A DNA stretch of 64,000 nt from Planctomycetota bacterium (GTDB lineage: Bacteria > Planctomycetota > B15-G4 > SIAN01). Numbering within the stretch: position 1 is the stretch's first letter; the number at the start of each line of letters is the position of its first letter. Shown one piece after another: positions 1 through 10,005 of the stretch. The stretch lies in the NCBI GenBank assembly GCA_031409275.1, contig JANNXA010000050.1, forward strand, positions 207,682 through 271,681, written 5' to 3'. The notes beneath the pieces were generated by a model. It worked only from the letters and a program-made list of their open reading frames with translations, did not search any database and had not been told where the DNA came from. Both the position numbers and the translations under genes were made by a program.

Positions 1-498
1 GAGTCGACCGCGACGGGCGAGTCCCACCGATCGCCTGAGCAGGAGGTCGACCGCCTGCTCTACGAGTCGCGCATCAAGCTGAATCGCGGCGTCTACGAAG
101 ACGTCATCCGCATCCTCGAGCCGCTGGTCGCCGATTCGACGTTGACCGGCAAGGAGCAGCGCTGGGAGAGCTACCTGCTGCTGGCGCGCGCCCATCGCGC
201 GCTTGGCAACGTGGAGCGCGCACAGTCCTACTACCTGCGCGCCACCGACCAGAGCATCGATCGGCAGGAGCCGGCGCTGGTGCTGGAGGACGCGAGCGAC
301 CTGTCGGCAAGCGGCCGCTTCCTGGAGGCGCGCGAGACCCTGTTCGGCCTTCTCGCTCGTCGCGATGGCCTGCCCAAAGCGGCCGCACCGTTTGCGGCAC
401 TCGCTGAAGCGCGCGTCGCCGACTCCTGGTACGCGCAGGCGCTCGCGACCGGCCAGATCGCGCCGCTTCCCGGCGAACCGATGGAGGCATCGCATTGA
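1..498 (+). CDS. TPR-repeat protein, 5'-truncated by the window edge
   Basis: Frame 1 is open from base 1 (ESTATGESH...LLYESRIKLNRGVYEDVIRILE...YLLLARAHRALGNVERAQSYYLRA), with TPR-like helical motifs. The stop overlaps the next start. Confidence 0.75.
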   Translation, partial: ESTATGESHRSPEQEVDRLLYESRIKLNRGVYEDVIRILEPLVADSTLTGKEQRWESYLLLARAHRALGNVERAQSYYLRATDQSIDRQEPALVLEDASDLSASGRFLEARETLFGLLARRDGLPKAAAPFAALAEARVADSWYAQALATGQIAPLPGEPMEASH

Positions 499-2141
499 GC
501 GCGAGCCTCGTCGCCCTGCTCGCCGCGCTCCTCGCGCAGGCGAATCCCGCCGACGAGCGCACCGCCGACGCGGCGGAAGCGCTCGAGCGCGAGGTCCTCG
601 CGCAAGACGACGCCTCCGAAGTGAGGCTCGTTTCAGCGCCCGACGATCCGGAACTGCTCGACGTGGTCGCGCACGGCGTGCCCGCCAGCGTCCTCCTGCA
701 GAAGATCGCCAAGGTGACGCAACGCGAGCTGCGCCTCGATGCTGGCGAGGCCGCGTTGCGGTCGGCCGCTCCGCTCGACGTCCACTTGAAGCGCCGTCCC
801 ACCCATGAAGTGGTCGAGTGGGTCGCTGGCGCCGCCGGTCTTTGCGCCGAGCTGCTGCGCGCCTCGATCCGCGTCCACGCCGACCGCATCGAAGGGCGCG
901 CGGCGGAGGACGCGCTGCAGCGTGCGATCGACGGCTGGCACGCCTCCCTCCTGCGCGATCCGCTGCAACCCGACGCCCCGCGCCTGCGCTTCCAGATCGG
1001 CAACGCGCTCTACCAACTCGGCGACTTCCAGAACGCGATCCTCGTCTGGAAGGAGCTCGAGACGAACACCAAGCCGGGGCGGCCGACAGCGTCCGGCTCC
1101 GTGGGCGCGGACGACGACTTCGGCGACCTGCCGATGGTCTACTTCCGGTGCGGCCACGCCTACGCGGCGATGGGCGACGAGCCCAACGCGCAGGAGCAAT
1201 GGCTCACCATCGCGCAGAGGTTCTCCGCGAGCGAGCTCGTGGCGAGCGCCCGCCTGGCAGCGGTGCAATCGTTCCGCCGTCAGCATGACGAGACGAACGC
1301 GAGCCTCGTGCTTCGGATCGTCATCGAGGGGATGAGGAGTGGCCTCGCGCCGCTCGACCTCGTCACCGCGGCCGAACTGCTGAACGAGGGTGGCAGCTAC
1401 GAGCGCGCCTCCGAGGTGCTGCGTTACGGGATGCCGTCGTTCACCGATCCCAAACTCGAGAATCGCGCCGCGATCGCGTTGGCGCGCAGCCTCGCCGGCC
1501 AGCACGACTGGCACGGCGTGATCGACGCCGCTCAGCGCTTCGCCAAGGAGAGCGGCGATGGCGACCGCGCTGCCGAGATGTGGTTGCTGCTCGGCGAGGC
1601 GCACCACCAGCTCGACGATCCGTTCACGGCGTTGCTCGCGATCCGCCGAGCCCGCGAGCTCGGCCCGCGGATGGAGGTCTCCTTCGCCATCGACCTGCTC
1701 GAGGGCCGGGTCTGGGCGCGCTCCGGCATGCTCGCCCGCGCGCAACCCTGCCTCGAACGCGCCGGTTCGTGCGCCTTCCCGAGCCTCGCGGCGCCAGCGC
1801 TGGCGTTGCACGCGCAGTTGCTGCGCGACGACGGACAGCTCGAAGCGGCGGCGCGGGCGTGCCAGCAGCTGCAGGCGATTCCGGGCCACGAGGTGGAGGC
1901 CGCGCTGGCGCTGGCTCGCATCTTCCTCGAGCAGCGCAATCGCGAGCGCTGCCTCACCCTGATCCGCGACACCTTGCCGCTCGCCGATGGCGAACAGCGC
2001 GCGGCCCTTTCTGAAATCGCCCACGAGGCGCTGCGCGACGCGCCGCCCGATCTGAAGTGGCCGGAGTTCCTCGACGCCGAGGCGAGCACGACCACGCCGT
2101 CCGAGTCCGACCCTGTGAAGGAGCCCGCTCATGGCCGCTGA
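495..2141 (+). CDS. Exported TPR-repeat protein with a possible N-terminal STN/secretin-N0-like domain
   Basis: Signal-like N-terminus (LVALLAALLAQA). Segment VVAHGVPASVLLQKIAKVT...PLDVHLKRRPTHEVVEWVAGAAGL resembles STN domains. Many TPR motifs follow (FQIGNALYQLGDFQNAILVW, WLLLGEAHHQLDD). Confidence 0.75.
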   Translation: MSASLVALLAALLAQANPADERTADAAEALEREVLAQDDASEVRLVSAPDDPELLDVVAHGVPASVLLQKIAKVTQRELRLDAGEAALRSAAPLDVHLKRRPTHEVVEWVAGAAGLCAELLRASIRVHADRIEGRAAEDALQRAIDGWHASLLRDPLQPDAPRLRFQIGNALYQLGDFQNAILVWKELETNTKPGRPTASGSVGADDDFGDLPMVYFRCGHAYAAMGDEPNAQEQWLTIAQRFSASELVASARLAAVQSFRRQHDETNASLVLRIVIEGMRSGLAPLDLVTAAELLNEGGSYERASEVLRYGMPSFTDPKLENRAAIALARSLAGQHDWHGVIDAAQRFAKESGDGDRAAEMWLLLGEAHHQLDDPFTALLAIRRARELGPRMEVSFAIDLLEGRVWARSGMLARAQPCLERAGSCAFPSLAAPALALHAQLLRDDGQLEAAARACQQLQAIPGHEVEAALALARIFLEQRNRERCLTLIRDTLPLADGEQRAALSEIAHEALRDAPPDLKWPEFLDAEASTTTPSESDPVKEPAHGR

Positions 2142-2973
2142 GAAGCTGTTTGCCGCTCTCCTGGCGCTGACCGGCGGCGACACCATCGAGGAGATGCTGC
2201 GCGCCAACGAGTTGCTGGTGACGCAACTGCTCGATCTGCAGCAGCGCGTGCGCTCGGGCGAACTCGTGCCGCTCGCCGAGCTCGGACTCGCGGCGCCGAC
2301 GCGCGAGGAGATCCTCTCGGGACTCGACGTGCGCGCCGCATTGAAGCTCGGCATCGAGCCTTCCGCCGTTCGTGATCGCCTCGCACCGGGATTCGACGCC
2401 GAGCTCGATCAGCTCGCGACGCAACGTGAGAAGCTCCTGTCGGGCCCGCCGTCGGACCCTTCGCCTCTCCTCACGCTGATGCTCGACTTCGAGGTCGAGA
2501 TGAAGGCGCTGCAGGATCGCCGCCGCCAATCGCTGCGGCTGAAGAACCCGCTCGACTCCGGACCGCTCGCCTCGACGCTCCAGCCCGAAGGTGCTCCCGG
2601 TCCTGCGGTGGTCGATGGAGTCGACGCCGCGGCTCCGGCAGACGGTGGCAGCTCGCACCGCCCACGGCCCTCCCCCGTCGACGCTCGCCTTGCCGCCGCC
2701 GCGCTCTATCGGGCGGGCCGTTGGCAAGAGGCACTCGACGCGTGGGGCCGCATGGCCTCGGACGCGAAGCCGACGATCGAGGAGGAGTACCAGCGCGCCG
2801 ACTGCCTCATGCGCCTGACGCGTGCCGACGAGGCGATCGAGATCTGGGAGAAGATCGCGGCCGAACACGCCGACACGCCGTGGGGCGCGCAGTCGACCTT
2901 CTCGCTCAAGGTGGCGCGCGCCCTCTCGGCGCTGCAGCGAGCCAAGCAGCCCGCGGCGGGAGGCAAGTCGTGA
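2131..2973 (+). CDS. Hypothetical protein with C-terminal TPR/YbgF-like repeats
   Basis: AALYRAGRWQEALDAW, YQRADCLMRLTRADEAIEIWEKIAAEHADTPW. Overlaps both neighbours. Confidence 0.7.
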   Translation: MAAEKLFAALLALTGGDTIEEMLRANELLVTQLLDLQQRVRSGELVPLAELGLAAPTREEILSGLDVRAALKLGIEPSAVRDRLAPGFDAELDQLATQREKLLSGPPSDPSPLLTLMLDFEVEMKALQDRRRQSLRLKNPLDSGPLASTLQPEGAPGPAVVDGVDAAAPADGGSSHRPRPSPVDARLAAAALYRAGRWQEALDAWGRMASDAKPTIEEEYQRADCLMRLTRADEAIEIWEKIAAEHADTPWGAQSTFSLKVARALSALQRAKQPAAGGKS

Positions 2974-4223
2974 ACGCCGCCGTCGCCGTTCGCGATCCGC
3001 AGGCGCTGGCGCGCAGCTTCGACGCCTTCACCCGCATCTCGCGCGAGCTCGAGGTCGCGTACGACCGGCTGCGCGAGCAGGCGGCTCGCATCGACCTCGC
3101 GCTGGCCGACACCAACCGTCGACTCGCCGCCAAGGTCGCCGAGCTCGATGCCGTGCTGTCGAGCTTGAAGGGCGCCGTCGTCGTGACCGATCCGGAAGGC
3201 CGCATCACGCTGGCCAATCGTTCGTTCGCCGAGCTCGCCGGCTCCGAGCCCGACGCCCTGGTCGGCCGTCGCAAGGCGGAGCTGCGCGACGAGCAGGGGC
3301 TGCCGCTGTGCGAGCCGAACGGCGAGGACGCTGACCGCGTCGCCCTCCCCTGCCGCACGCTCGCCATCGAGGGGGCCACCCGCGTGGTCCGCTCGTCGCG
3401 GGCGCCGGTGGTCGACGCCGATGGCCGCGCGCTCGGCGAGGTCGAAGCGCTCTCGGACGAGACCGAACTCGAGGCGCTTCGAGACGAGGTGCGCCGTCGC
3501 GAGACGCTGACCGCGCTCGGCGAGATGGCCGCCGGCATCGCCCACGAGATCAGGAACCCGCTCACCGCGATCGAAGGCTTCTCGCAACTGCTGATCGCGG
3601 TGCTGCCGGACGGCAACGACGACTGCGCCAACCATGCGCGACGCATCAGCCAGGCGGTCCGCAAGGCCAACTCCATCATCACCAACCTGCTCTGCTTCGC
3701 GCGGCCGGACCAGTTCCGGCCCCAGCGCTCCCGCCTCGCACCGCTGCTGGCCGAGCTGCGCGCCAGCTTCGTCGACGGCGCCGAAGGGCTCGCGACTGTC
3801 GAAGTGCGCGCGACCGAACCCACCGATCTCACGGTGGCCTGCGACCTCGCGCTGATCGAGCGCGTGCTGGTCAATCTGGTCGAGAACGCGCGCCGAGAGG
3901 CCGGCGCCGCCGGTCGCGTCGTCGTGCGCGCTCGCGGCGGCGAGGACGAGGTCGTGCTCTCCGTCGAGGATGACGGCCCCGGGATCCCGACCGCGCTGCG
4001 CGGGAAGCTGTTCCGACCGTTCGTCACCGGCCGCGCCGACGGCACCGGACTCGGCCTGTTCCTCGTCCACCGCATCGTCGAGCTGCACCACGGCCGCGTC
4101 GTCGCGCAGGACCGCGTCGGCGGCGGCACGACCTTCACCGTCCACCTGCCCACCGGCGCCGCGACGGCGGCCGCCTCCGCATCGGTCACCGCCTTCGCCA
4201 ATCTCCGAGGGATCGAAGCATGA
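2970..4223 (+). CDS. PAS-domain sensor histidine kinase (FleS/FlrB/FlgS-like)
   Basis: GTGA start/stop overlap at 2970. PAS (AVVVTDPEGRITLANRSF), H-box (AHEIRNPL), N box (NLVENA), G boxes (DDGPGI, GTGLGL). No transmembrane segment. Confidence 0.9.
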   Translation: MNAAVAVRDPQALARSFDAFTRISRELEVAYDRLREQAARIDLALADTNRRLAAKVAELDAVLSSLKGAVVVTDPEGRITLANRSFAELAGSEPDALVGRRKAELRDEQGLPLCEPNGEDADRVALPCRTLAIEGATRVVRSSRAPVVDADGRALGEVEALSDETELEALRDEVRRRETLTALGEMAAGIAHEIRNPLTAIEGFSQLLIAVLPDGNDDCANHARRISQAVRKANSIITNLLCFARPDQFRPQRSRLAPLLAELRASFVDGAEGLATVEVRATEPTDLTVACDLALIERVLVNLVENARREAGAAGRVVVRARGGEDEVVLSVEDDGPGIPTALRGKLFRPFVTGRADGTGLGLFLVHRIVELHHGRVVAQDRVGGGTTFTVHLPTGAATAAASASVTAFANLRGIEA

Positions 4224-5647
4224 AGCTCGAACGGGCGCTTGTCGTCGAGGACGACCAGCTCGGCCGCGAGTTCGTCGCGGAGGCGCTCGAGCGCCTCGGC
4301 ATCGCCGCACGCGTGGCGAGGAACGGCCGGGAGGCGATCGCGCTCCTCGAACGCGAGGAGGTGGACTTCATCCTCACCGACTTGCGCATGCCGGAGGTCG
4401 ACGGGCTCGGCGTCCTGCGCGCCGCGCGCGAACTCGCGCCCAACACCCCGATCGCGCTGATGACGGCGCACGGCACGCTCGACATCGCCGTCCAGGCGCT
4501 GCGAGAGGGCGCCGACGACATCCTGCTCAAGCCGTTCGGACCCGACCAGCTCGCGCTGCTGCTCGAACGGATCGGCGGCCGCATGCAGCTGCGCCACGAG
4601 AACCGGCGGCTGCGCCTCGAACTCGAAAGCGATGCCGGCACCCGCGAGATCGTCGGCAGCTCGCCAGCGATCCGCTCGGTGCTCGACCAGATCCGGCGCG
4701 TCGCGGCCAGCAAAGCGACCGTCTTCATCCGCGGCGAGAGCGGCACCGGCAAGGAGCTCGCGGCGCGCGCGATCCACCAGATGTCGCCGCGCAAGGACGC
4801 CCCCTTCGTTCGCGTGAACTGCGCCGCGCTTTCCGAGACCCTCCTCGAGAGCGAGCTGTTCGGACACGAGCGCGGGGCGTTCACCGGCGCGACGCAGCGG
4901 CGCGAGGGGCGCTTCGAACTGGCCCACAAGGGAACGTTGCTGCTCGACGAGGTGAGCGAAGTGTCGCCGCGGATCCAGGCCAAGCTGCTGCGCGTCCTCG
5001 AAGAGGAGGAGTTCGAGCGCGTCGGCGGCACGCGCACGCTGCAGGTCGACGTGCGCGTCATCGCGACCAGCAACCGCGACCTCGAAGCGGCGCTGCGCGA
5101 CGGGTCGTTCCGCGAGGACCTCTTCTATCGACTCCACGTGGTGCCGCTGCAGCTGCCGCCGCTGCGCGAGCGGGCGCAGGACGTCCCCGAACTCGCGGCC
5201 GCCTTCCTCGCCCGCTTCGCCAAGGAGAACGGCAAGGTCGTGCGGCGGATCACTCCCGAAGCGATGGGCCGGCTCGCCGCCTATCGCTGGCCGGGCAACA
5301 TCCGCGAGCTCAGCAACGTGATCCAGCGCGCCGTCGTGCTGGCGCCCGGCGACACCGTCGAAGTCGAGCAGCTGCCGCTGCCGGCCGTCGAACAGGGCCG
5401 CGCCGACGCGATGGCGGGCGCGGTCGGCATGCGCGCCGAAGACGTCGAGCGCGAGCTGATCCTGCGCACGCTGCGCTCGACCGGCGGCAACCGGACGCGA
5501 ACCGCCGACCTGCTCGACCTCACCGCGCGCACCATCAACAACAAGATCCGCCTCTATCGCACGCAAGGCCACGCGATCCCGGAACCGACTCGCGGCATCG
5601 CGCGCCCCAAGCCCCGCGAACTCGAGGCGGCGGGAGAAGTGACATGA
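4220..5647 (+). CDS. Sigma54-dependent response regulator (FleR/FlrC/FlgR-like)
   Basis: Receiver (VVEDD, TDLRMP), Walker A (GESGTGKE), intact GAFTGA, Fis-type HTH (GGNRTRTADLL). Confidence 0.95.
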   Translation: MKLERALVVEDDQLGREFVAEALERLGIAARVARNGREAIALLEREEVDFILTDLRMPEVDGLGVLRAARELAPNTPIALMTAHGTLDIAVQALREGADDILLKPFGPDQLALLLERIGGRMQLRHENRRLRLELESDAGTREIVGSSPAIRSVLDQIRRVAASKATVFIRGESGTGKELAARAIHQMSPRKDAPFVRVNCAALSETLLESELFGHERGAFTGATQRREGRFELAHKGTLLLDEVSEVSPRIQAKLLRVLEEEEFERVGGTRTLQVDVRVIATSNRDLEAALRDGSFREDLFYRLHVVPLQLPPLRERAQDVPELAAAFLARFAKENGKVVRRITPEAMGRLAAYRWPGNIRELSNVIQRAVVLAPGDTVEVEQLPLPAVEQGRADAMAGAVGMRAEDVERELILRTLRSTGGNRTRTADLLDLTARTINNKIRLYRTQGHAIPEPTRGIARPKPRELEAAGEVT

Positions 5648-6018
5648 ACGATTTCGACAAGAGCTTCGCGGTCACGCAGAAGATCCTCGACTGGACCACG
5701 GCGCGCGCACGCGCGTTGACGACCAACATCGCCCACGCCAGCGAACCGGGCTACAAGCGCGTCGACGTCAGCTTCGCCGACCTGCTGGACGCGATGCGCG
5801 CGGAGCGCGATCACGGCCAGAAGGGCGCGCTCGCCCGCGCCACGCCCAAGCCGGAAGTCGACCTCTTCGCGGCGCCGAGCGCCAACGGCAACACGGTCGA
5901 CTTCGAGCGCGAACAGGTGCAGATCGACAAGAACTCGATGACCCACGAGCTCGCCACGTTCTTCGCGAACTCGAAACTCAACTCGATGCGTTCCGCGATC
6001 CGCGGCCACGCGAGCTGA
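5644..6018 (+). CDS. flgB: Flagellar basal-body rod protein FlgB
   Basis: ATG at 5644 overlaps the upstream stop. NIAHASEPGYKRVDVSF and NGNTVDFERE motifs; followed by flgC. Confidence 0.9.
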   Translation: MNDFDKSFAVTQKILDWTTARARALTTNIAHASEPGYKRVDVSFADLLDAMRAERDHGQKGALARATPKPEVDLFAAPSANGNTVDFEREQVQIDKNSMTHELATFFANSKLNSMRSAIRGHAS

Positions 6019-6029
6019 AGGAGGTTGCC

Positions 6030-6470
6030 ATGTCGGAACCGCTGTCGTTCCAGGTCTTCGACATCACGGCGTCGGCGCTCGCCGCCGAACGCACGCGCCT
6101 TGCCGTGATCGCGCAGAACATCGCCAACTCCGAGGTGACGAAGGCGGCGAACGGCCAGCCCTACCGCCGGCAGCGCGTGCAGTTCGAGGGCGTGCTGGCG
6201 CAGGAAGTCGCGCGCCGCGGCAAGGGCCAGGGCAGCCTGCCGGCCGGCGGCATTCGCGCCATCGTCGGCGACGCGCCCGGCGACTTCCAGCGCGTGCGCG
6301 ACCCCGGACACAAGGACGCGGACAAGGACGGCTGGGTGCAGAAGCCCAACGTCAACGTCGTCGAGGAGATGGTCGACATGATCGACGCCTCGCGCACCTA
6401 CGAAGCGAACCTCTCCGCGCTGCGCACCTGGAAGCAGATGCTGTCGCGCACGCTCGAGATGACCCGGTGA
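6030..6470 (+). CDS. flgC: Flagellar basal-body rod protein FlgC
   Basis: ASALAAERTRLAVIAQNIAN, PYRRQ, PNVNVVEEMVDMIDASRTYEAN. Confidence 0.95.
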   Translation: MSEPLSFQVFDITASALAAERTRLAVIAQNIANSEVTKAANGQPYRRQRVQFEGVLAQEVARRGKGQGSLPAGGIRAIVGDAPGDFQRVRDPGHKDADKDGWVQKPNVNVVEEMVDMIDASRTYEANLSALRTWKQMLSRTLEMTR

Positions 6471-6760
6471 GCGGGCTCGACGTCAGCCAGGTCCGCTCGC
6501 TGCTCGAGCAGGCCCAGAAAGGCGCCGCCGGCAAGTCGAATGCGACGCCGGCCCAGGACTTCGCCGACCTGCTGGCCGAGACCAGCCAGAAGCAGCGCGG
6601 GGCCGAGAAGGCGTTCGAGGACTACGCCGTCGCCGGCAAGGGCGAACTGCACGACGTGATGGCGCAGATGGCGAAGGCCGACGTCGCGTTCCGCTTCCTG
6701 CTCGAGGTGCGCAACAAGCTGACCGACGCCTACCAGGAGATCTCGCGCATCCAGGTCTAG
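6467..6760 (+). CDS. fliE: Flagellar hook-basal body protein FliE
   Basis: LHDVMAQMAKADVAFRFLLEVRNKLTDAYQEISRIQV. Confidence 0.95.
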   Translation: MSGLDVSQVRSLLEQAQKGAAGKSNATPAQDFADLLAETSQKQRGAEKAFEDYAVAGKGELHDVMAQMAKADVAFRFLLEVRNKLTDAYQEISRIQV

Positions 6761-6803
6761 GCCCTGATTCGTGCCCGATCGAACCACCGAAAGCGAGTGA
6801 TCC

Positions 6804-8414
6804 ATGAACTTCTGGCAGGAGATCCTGAGCCGTCCCCGCGACGTCTACGCGAAGCTCTCGCGCGGACAACGCTTCGGCGTGCTTGCGCTCTTCTCGATCG
6901 GTGTCGTCGTCGCCGTGCTGTCGAGCCTGCTCGCCGGCCGCCAGAGCTACTCGATGCTCTACAGCGGCCTCGAGCCCGACGCCGCCAGCGAGCTGGTGAC
7001 CAAGCTCGCCGAGCTCGGCGTCCCCTACACGATCTCGCCCGACGGCGGGATGGTGTCGGTCCCCGACGACCGCGTCGCCGAGATCAAGATGCAGCTCGCC
7101 GCGGCAGGGCTGCCGAAGATCGGCTCGAGCGGCTGGGACCTCTTCGACGGCAACCAGCTCGGCCTCACCGACTCGCTGTTCAACGTCAACCTGCAGCGCG
7201 CGATCCAGGGCGAGATCGAGAAGTCGATCACCAAGTGCGGCCCGGTGAAGCAGGCGCGCGTGATGGTCTCGCTCAAGGAACCGGGCGTCTACTCGAAGGA
7301 CAAGTCGCGGGCGTCGGCGTCCGTCACGCTGTGGCTGCGGCCCGGCATGCCGCTGTCCGACTCGCAGGTCGCCGCGGTCGCTCACGTCGTCGCCGCGGGC
7401 GTCGGCTACGGCATGCGTCCCGAGGACGTGAAGATCAGCGATTCGAACTTCAACCTGCTCTACCCAAGCGGGAACGGCAACGACCCGATGTTCTCGACGG
7501 AGTACCTCCAGAAGGCGCAGTCGCTGGAGCGCGCGCTGCAGGAGAAGGCCGAGTCGCAGCTGCGCACGGCGTTCGGCGAGAACAAGGCTTCGGTGCGGGT
7601 CAGCGTCGAGCTCGACCTGAAGCACCGCGAGAAGGCGATCGAGAAGGTCGACGACAAGAACAAGGTCCCGGTGAAGCTGTTCGTCGACAAGGAGGAGCTC
7701 GCCGGCGGCAGCGCGACCGGCGGCGACCCGAGCCTTTCGAGCGGACCGAAGAAGAGCGGCGAGCCGAAGACGCTGCGGTCGGAGTCGCAGACGGAGTACC
7801 GCGAAGGCGTCGAGCGGTCGCTCGAGATCGAGGCGGCCGGCCAGATCCTCCACATGTCGGTGAGCCTCCTCCTCGACGAGAGCCTGATCGCGCCCGGAGC
7901 CGACGGCCAGCCCGCGGTGAAGGCCGAAGACATCGAAGCGATCGTGAAGAACGCGGTCGGATTCGTCGAGGGCAAGGGCAAGACTCGCCAGGACTCGTTC
8001 AAGACGATGACCACCGCCTTCGCGAAGGCGGCGGCGCCGGAGGAGCCGGCGGGCCCCTTCGCGATCGAGAACCTGCTGCCGCTCGCCGGCCACCTCGCCG
8101 AGGCGATCACCGTCCTCGTGGTCCTGCTGACGCTGACCCGCATCGTGCGCGGCGGCGCTCCGAAGGCCAAGAAGAGCTCGGCGACGACGGCGATGAGCGG
8201 AGCGAACGGCGCCGCGATGGCGGGGAAGGCCGGCAAAGCCGGCAAGCCCGCGAAGAACACCGGCGTCGAGGACCTCGACGAGATGGAGGAGCTGGTGCTC
8301 GGCGCGGAGCGAGGCATCGACGTGCGCACGCGCCTCGCCCGCTTCGTCCAGCACCATCCCGACCAGGCGCGCGAAGTGTTGGTGGCGTGGCTCAAGGAAG
8401 AAGCGGCGGCCTGA
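6804..8414 (+). CDS. fliF: Flagellar MS-ring protein FliF
   Basis: Two TM segments, YSMLYSGL, GWDLFD...LGLTD, QRAIQGEIEKSI, ASASVTL, and C-terminal PDQAREVLVAWL. Confidence 0.93.
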   Translation: MNFWQEILSRPRDVYAKLSRGQRFGVLALFSIGVVVAVLSSLLAGRQSYSMLYSGLEPDAASELVTKLAELGVPYTISPDGGMVSVPDDRVAEIKMQLAAAGLPKIGSSGWDLFDGNQLGLTDSLFNVNLQRAIQGEIEKSITKCGPVKQARVMVSLKEPGVYSKDKSRASASVTLWLRPGMPLSDSQVAAVAHVVAAGVGYGMRPEDVKISDSNFNLLYPSGNGNDPMFSTEYLQKAQSLERALQEKAESQLRTAFGENKASVRVSVELDLKHREKAIEKVDDKNKVPVKLFVDKEELAGGSATGGDPSLSSGPKKSGEPKTLRSESQTEYREGVERSLEIEAAGQILHMSVSLLLDESLIAPGADGQPAVKAEDIEAIVKNAVGFVEGKGKTRQDSFKTMTTAFAKAAAPEEPAGPFAIENLLPLAGHLAEAITVLVVLLTLTRIVRGGAPKAKKSSATTAMSGANGAAMAGKAGKAGKPAKNTGVEDLDEMEELVLGAERGIDVRTRLARFVQHHPDQAREVLVAWLKEEAAA

Positions 8415-8441
8415 CGGCCCGATCCGGATCGGAGGAACTCC

Positions 8442-9443
8442 ATGGTCATGAAGCTGCGCGGTGCCCAGAAGATTGCAGCGGTCCTGCTCGGTCTCGACAA
8501 GGACGTCGCGGCGCGGCTCATGCAGGCGTTGCCCAGCGATCGGCTCGATCCCGTCACGGAGGCGATGGTCGAGCTCTCCGATCGCCGTCTCACGCCGCAG
8601 GACACCGAGCCGGCGCTGGACGAGTACGTGAAGCGCATCGCGGCCGGCGCATCGGCCACGAACGACTTCAAGGAACTGCTGCGCCAGGCCCTCGGCGCGG
8701 AGAGGGCCGACGAGCACCTCCACAAGATGCAGGGGCTGCGCGAGCGCGGCAATCCGCTGGCGCCGCTCGAGCTGCTGCCGCCGCAGGAAGTGGCGGAAGT
8801 GCTGCAGGACGAGAACGAGCAGGTCTGCGCCATCGTGCTGACCGGCATGAAGGCGACCGCGGCGGCGCGCGTGCTCGAGTGCTTCCCCGTCGAGCGCCGT
8901 CCGCTGGTGATCGGCCGCATCGCCAAGTCGGCGACGCCGCGCCGCGAGCTGCAGGAGGAGATCGCGGCCGCGCTGCTGATGCGACTGGCACCGGCGCAAC
9001 CGACACGTCGCGGCGACGCCCGCGGCGTCTCCGTCGCGGCGCAGATCATCAACTACCTCTCGCAAGACACCGAGGCAGCGATCACCGAGTCGCTGCAGCA
9101 GTCGGAGGAGACGCTGTTCCAGCAGATCGACGAGCAGCGCGTGACGATGGAGGACCTCGTCGGCATCGACAAGCGGGCCATGCAGAAGATCCTCGCGGCG
9201 ATCGACACGCGCGTGCTCACCGTCGCGCTCAAGAGCGCCTCCAAGGAAGTCGAGAGCGCGATCCTCGACAACGTCTCGAAGCGTTCGCGCGAGACGATCC
9301 TCGAGGAGCGCGAGCTGCTCGGCGCGCTGCCGATGACCGAGATCCAGCAGGCGCGCATGGAGCTCCTGAACCAGGTGCGCGCGCTCATGAAGAGCGGCGA
9401 AGTGAAGCTGCGCCGAGCGGGAGGCGACGATGTCGTCGAATGA
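8442..9443 (+). CDS. fliG: Flagellar motor switch protein FliG
   Basis: GAQKIAAVLLGL, ENEQVCAIVL (EHPQ equivalent), ALKSAS...NVSKRSRETILEE; follows fliF. Confidence 0.9.
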   Translation: MVMKLRGAQKIAAVLLGLDKDVAARLMQALPSDRLDPVTEAMVELSDRRLTPQDTEPALDEYVKRIAAGASATNDFKELLRQALGAERADEHLHKMQGLRERGNPLAPLELLPPQEVAEVLQDENEQVCAIVLTGMKATAAARVLECFPVERRPLVIGRIAKSATPRRELQEEIAAALLMRLAPAQPTRRGDARGVSVAAQIINYLSQDTEAAITESLQQSEETLFQQIDEQRVTMEDLVGIDKRAMQKILAAIDTRVLTVALKSASKEVESAILDNVSKRSRETILEERELLGALPMTEIQQARMELLNQVRALMKSGEVKLRRAGGDDVVE

Positions 9444-10005
9444 CGCCGCGAACGACAAGGTCTGCCACGCGCTCGCCGGAGTGGGCGCGCGCGCGGGCGG
9501 CGTCTCGATGCGCGCCGGAGCGACCGTGCGCGTGGTCGATCGCACCCCGGCGCTGCCGCCGCCGCCGACCATCGATGTCGCGCCGCTGGCGCGCGCGCTC
9601 GAGGCCGGCTTCAAGTCCTTGAAGGTGCAGGTCGAGATCAGCTTCGCCGAGATCGAGCGCGAGTGCGTCGAGCTCGCGCTCGGCGCTGCCGAGGCGCTGA
9701 CGCGCGCGCGCTGCGAGCGCGGCGAACTGGCGCTGGAGGCGCCGCTCAGCGCGCTGCTCGCAGCCAAGCGACGCGAGCTCGAGACGCTGCCCGCGCTGCT
9801 GCGACTTCACCCCGCCGACGCCGAGGCGATCGGCCCGAAGCTCGCCGAGCTCACGCCGCCAAACGCCCGGGTCGAGCTGCTCGCGGATGGCGCTTCGCCG
9901 CGCGGCCAGCTGGCGCTCGAGATCGGCGCGGCGCGCGTGGTCTGGTCGCTCGGCCAGGAGATCGCGCAGATGCGGCGCGCGCTCTTCGACGGAGGCAAGA
10001 GCTGA
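9430..10005 (+). CDS. fliH: Divergent FliH-like flagellar assembly protein
   Basis: Lies between fliG and fliI. C-terminal LRLHPADAE...LLADGASPRGQLALE matches the FliH C-domain pattern. Confidence 0.7.
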   Translation: MSSNDAANDKVCHALAGVGARAGGVSMRAGATVRVVDRTPALPPPPTIDVAPLARALEAGFKSLKVQVEISFAEIERECVELALGAAEALTRARCERGELALEAPLSALLAAKRRELETLPALLRLHPADAEAIGPKLAELTPPNARVELLADGASPRGQLALEIGAARVVWSLGQEIAQMRRALFDGGKS

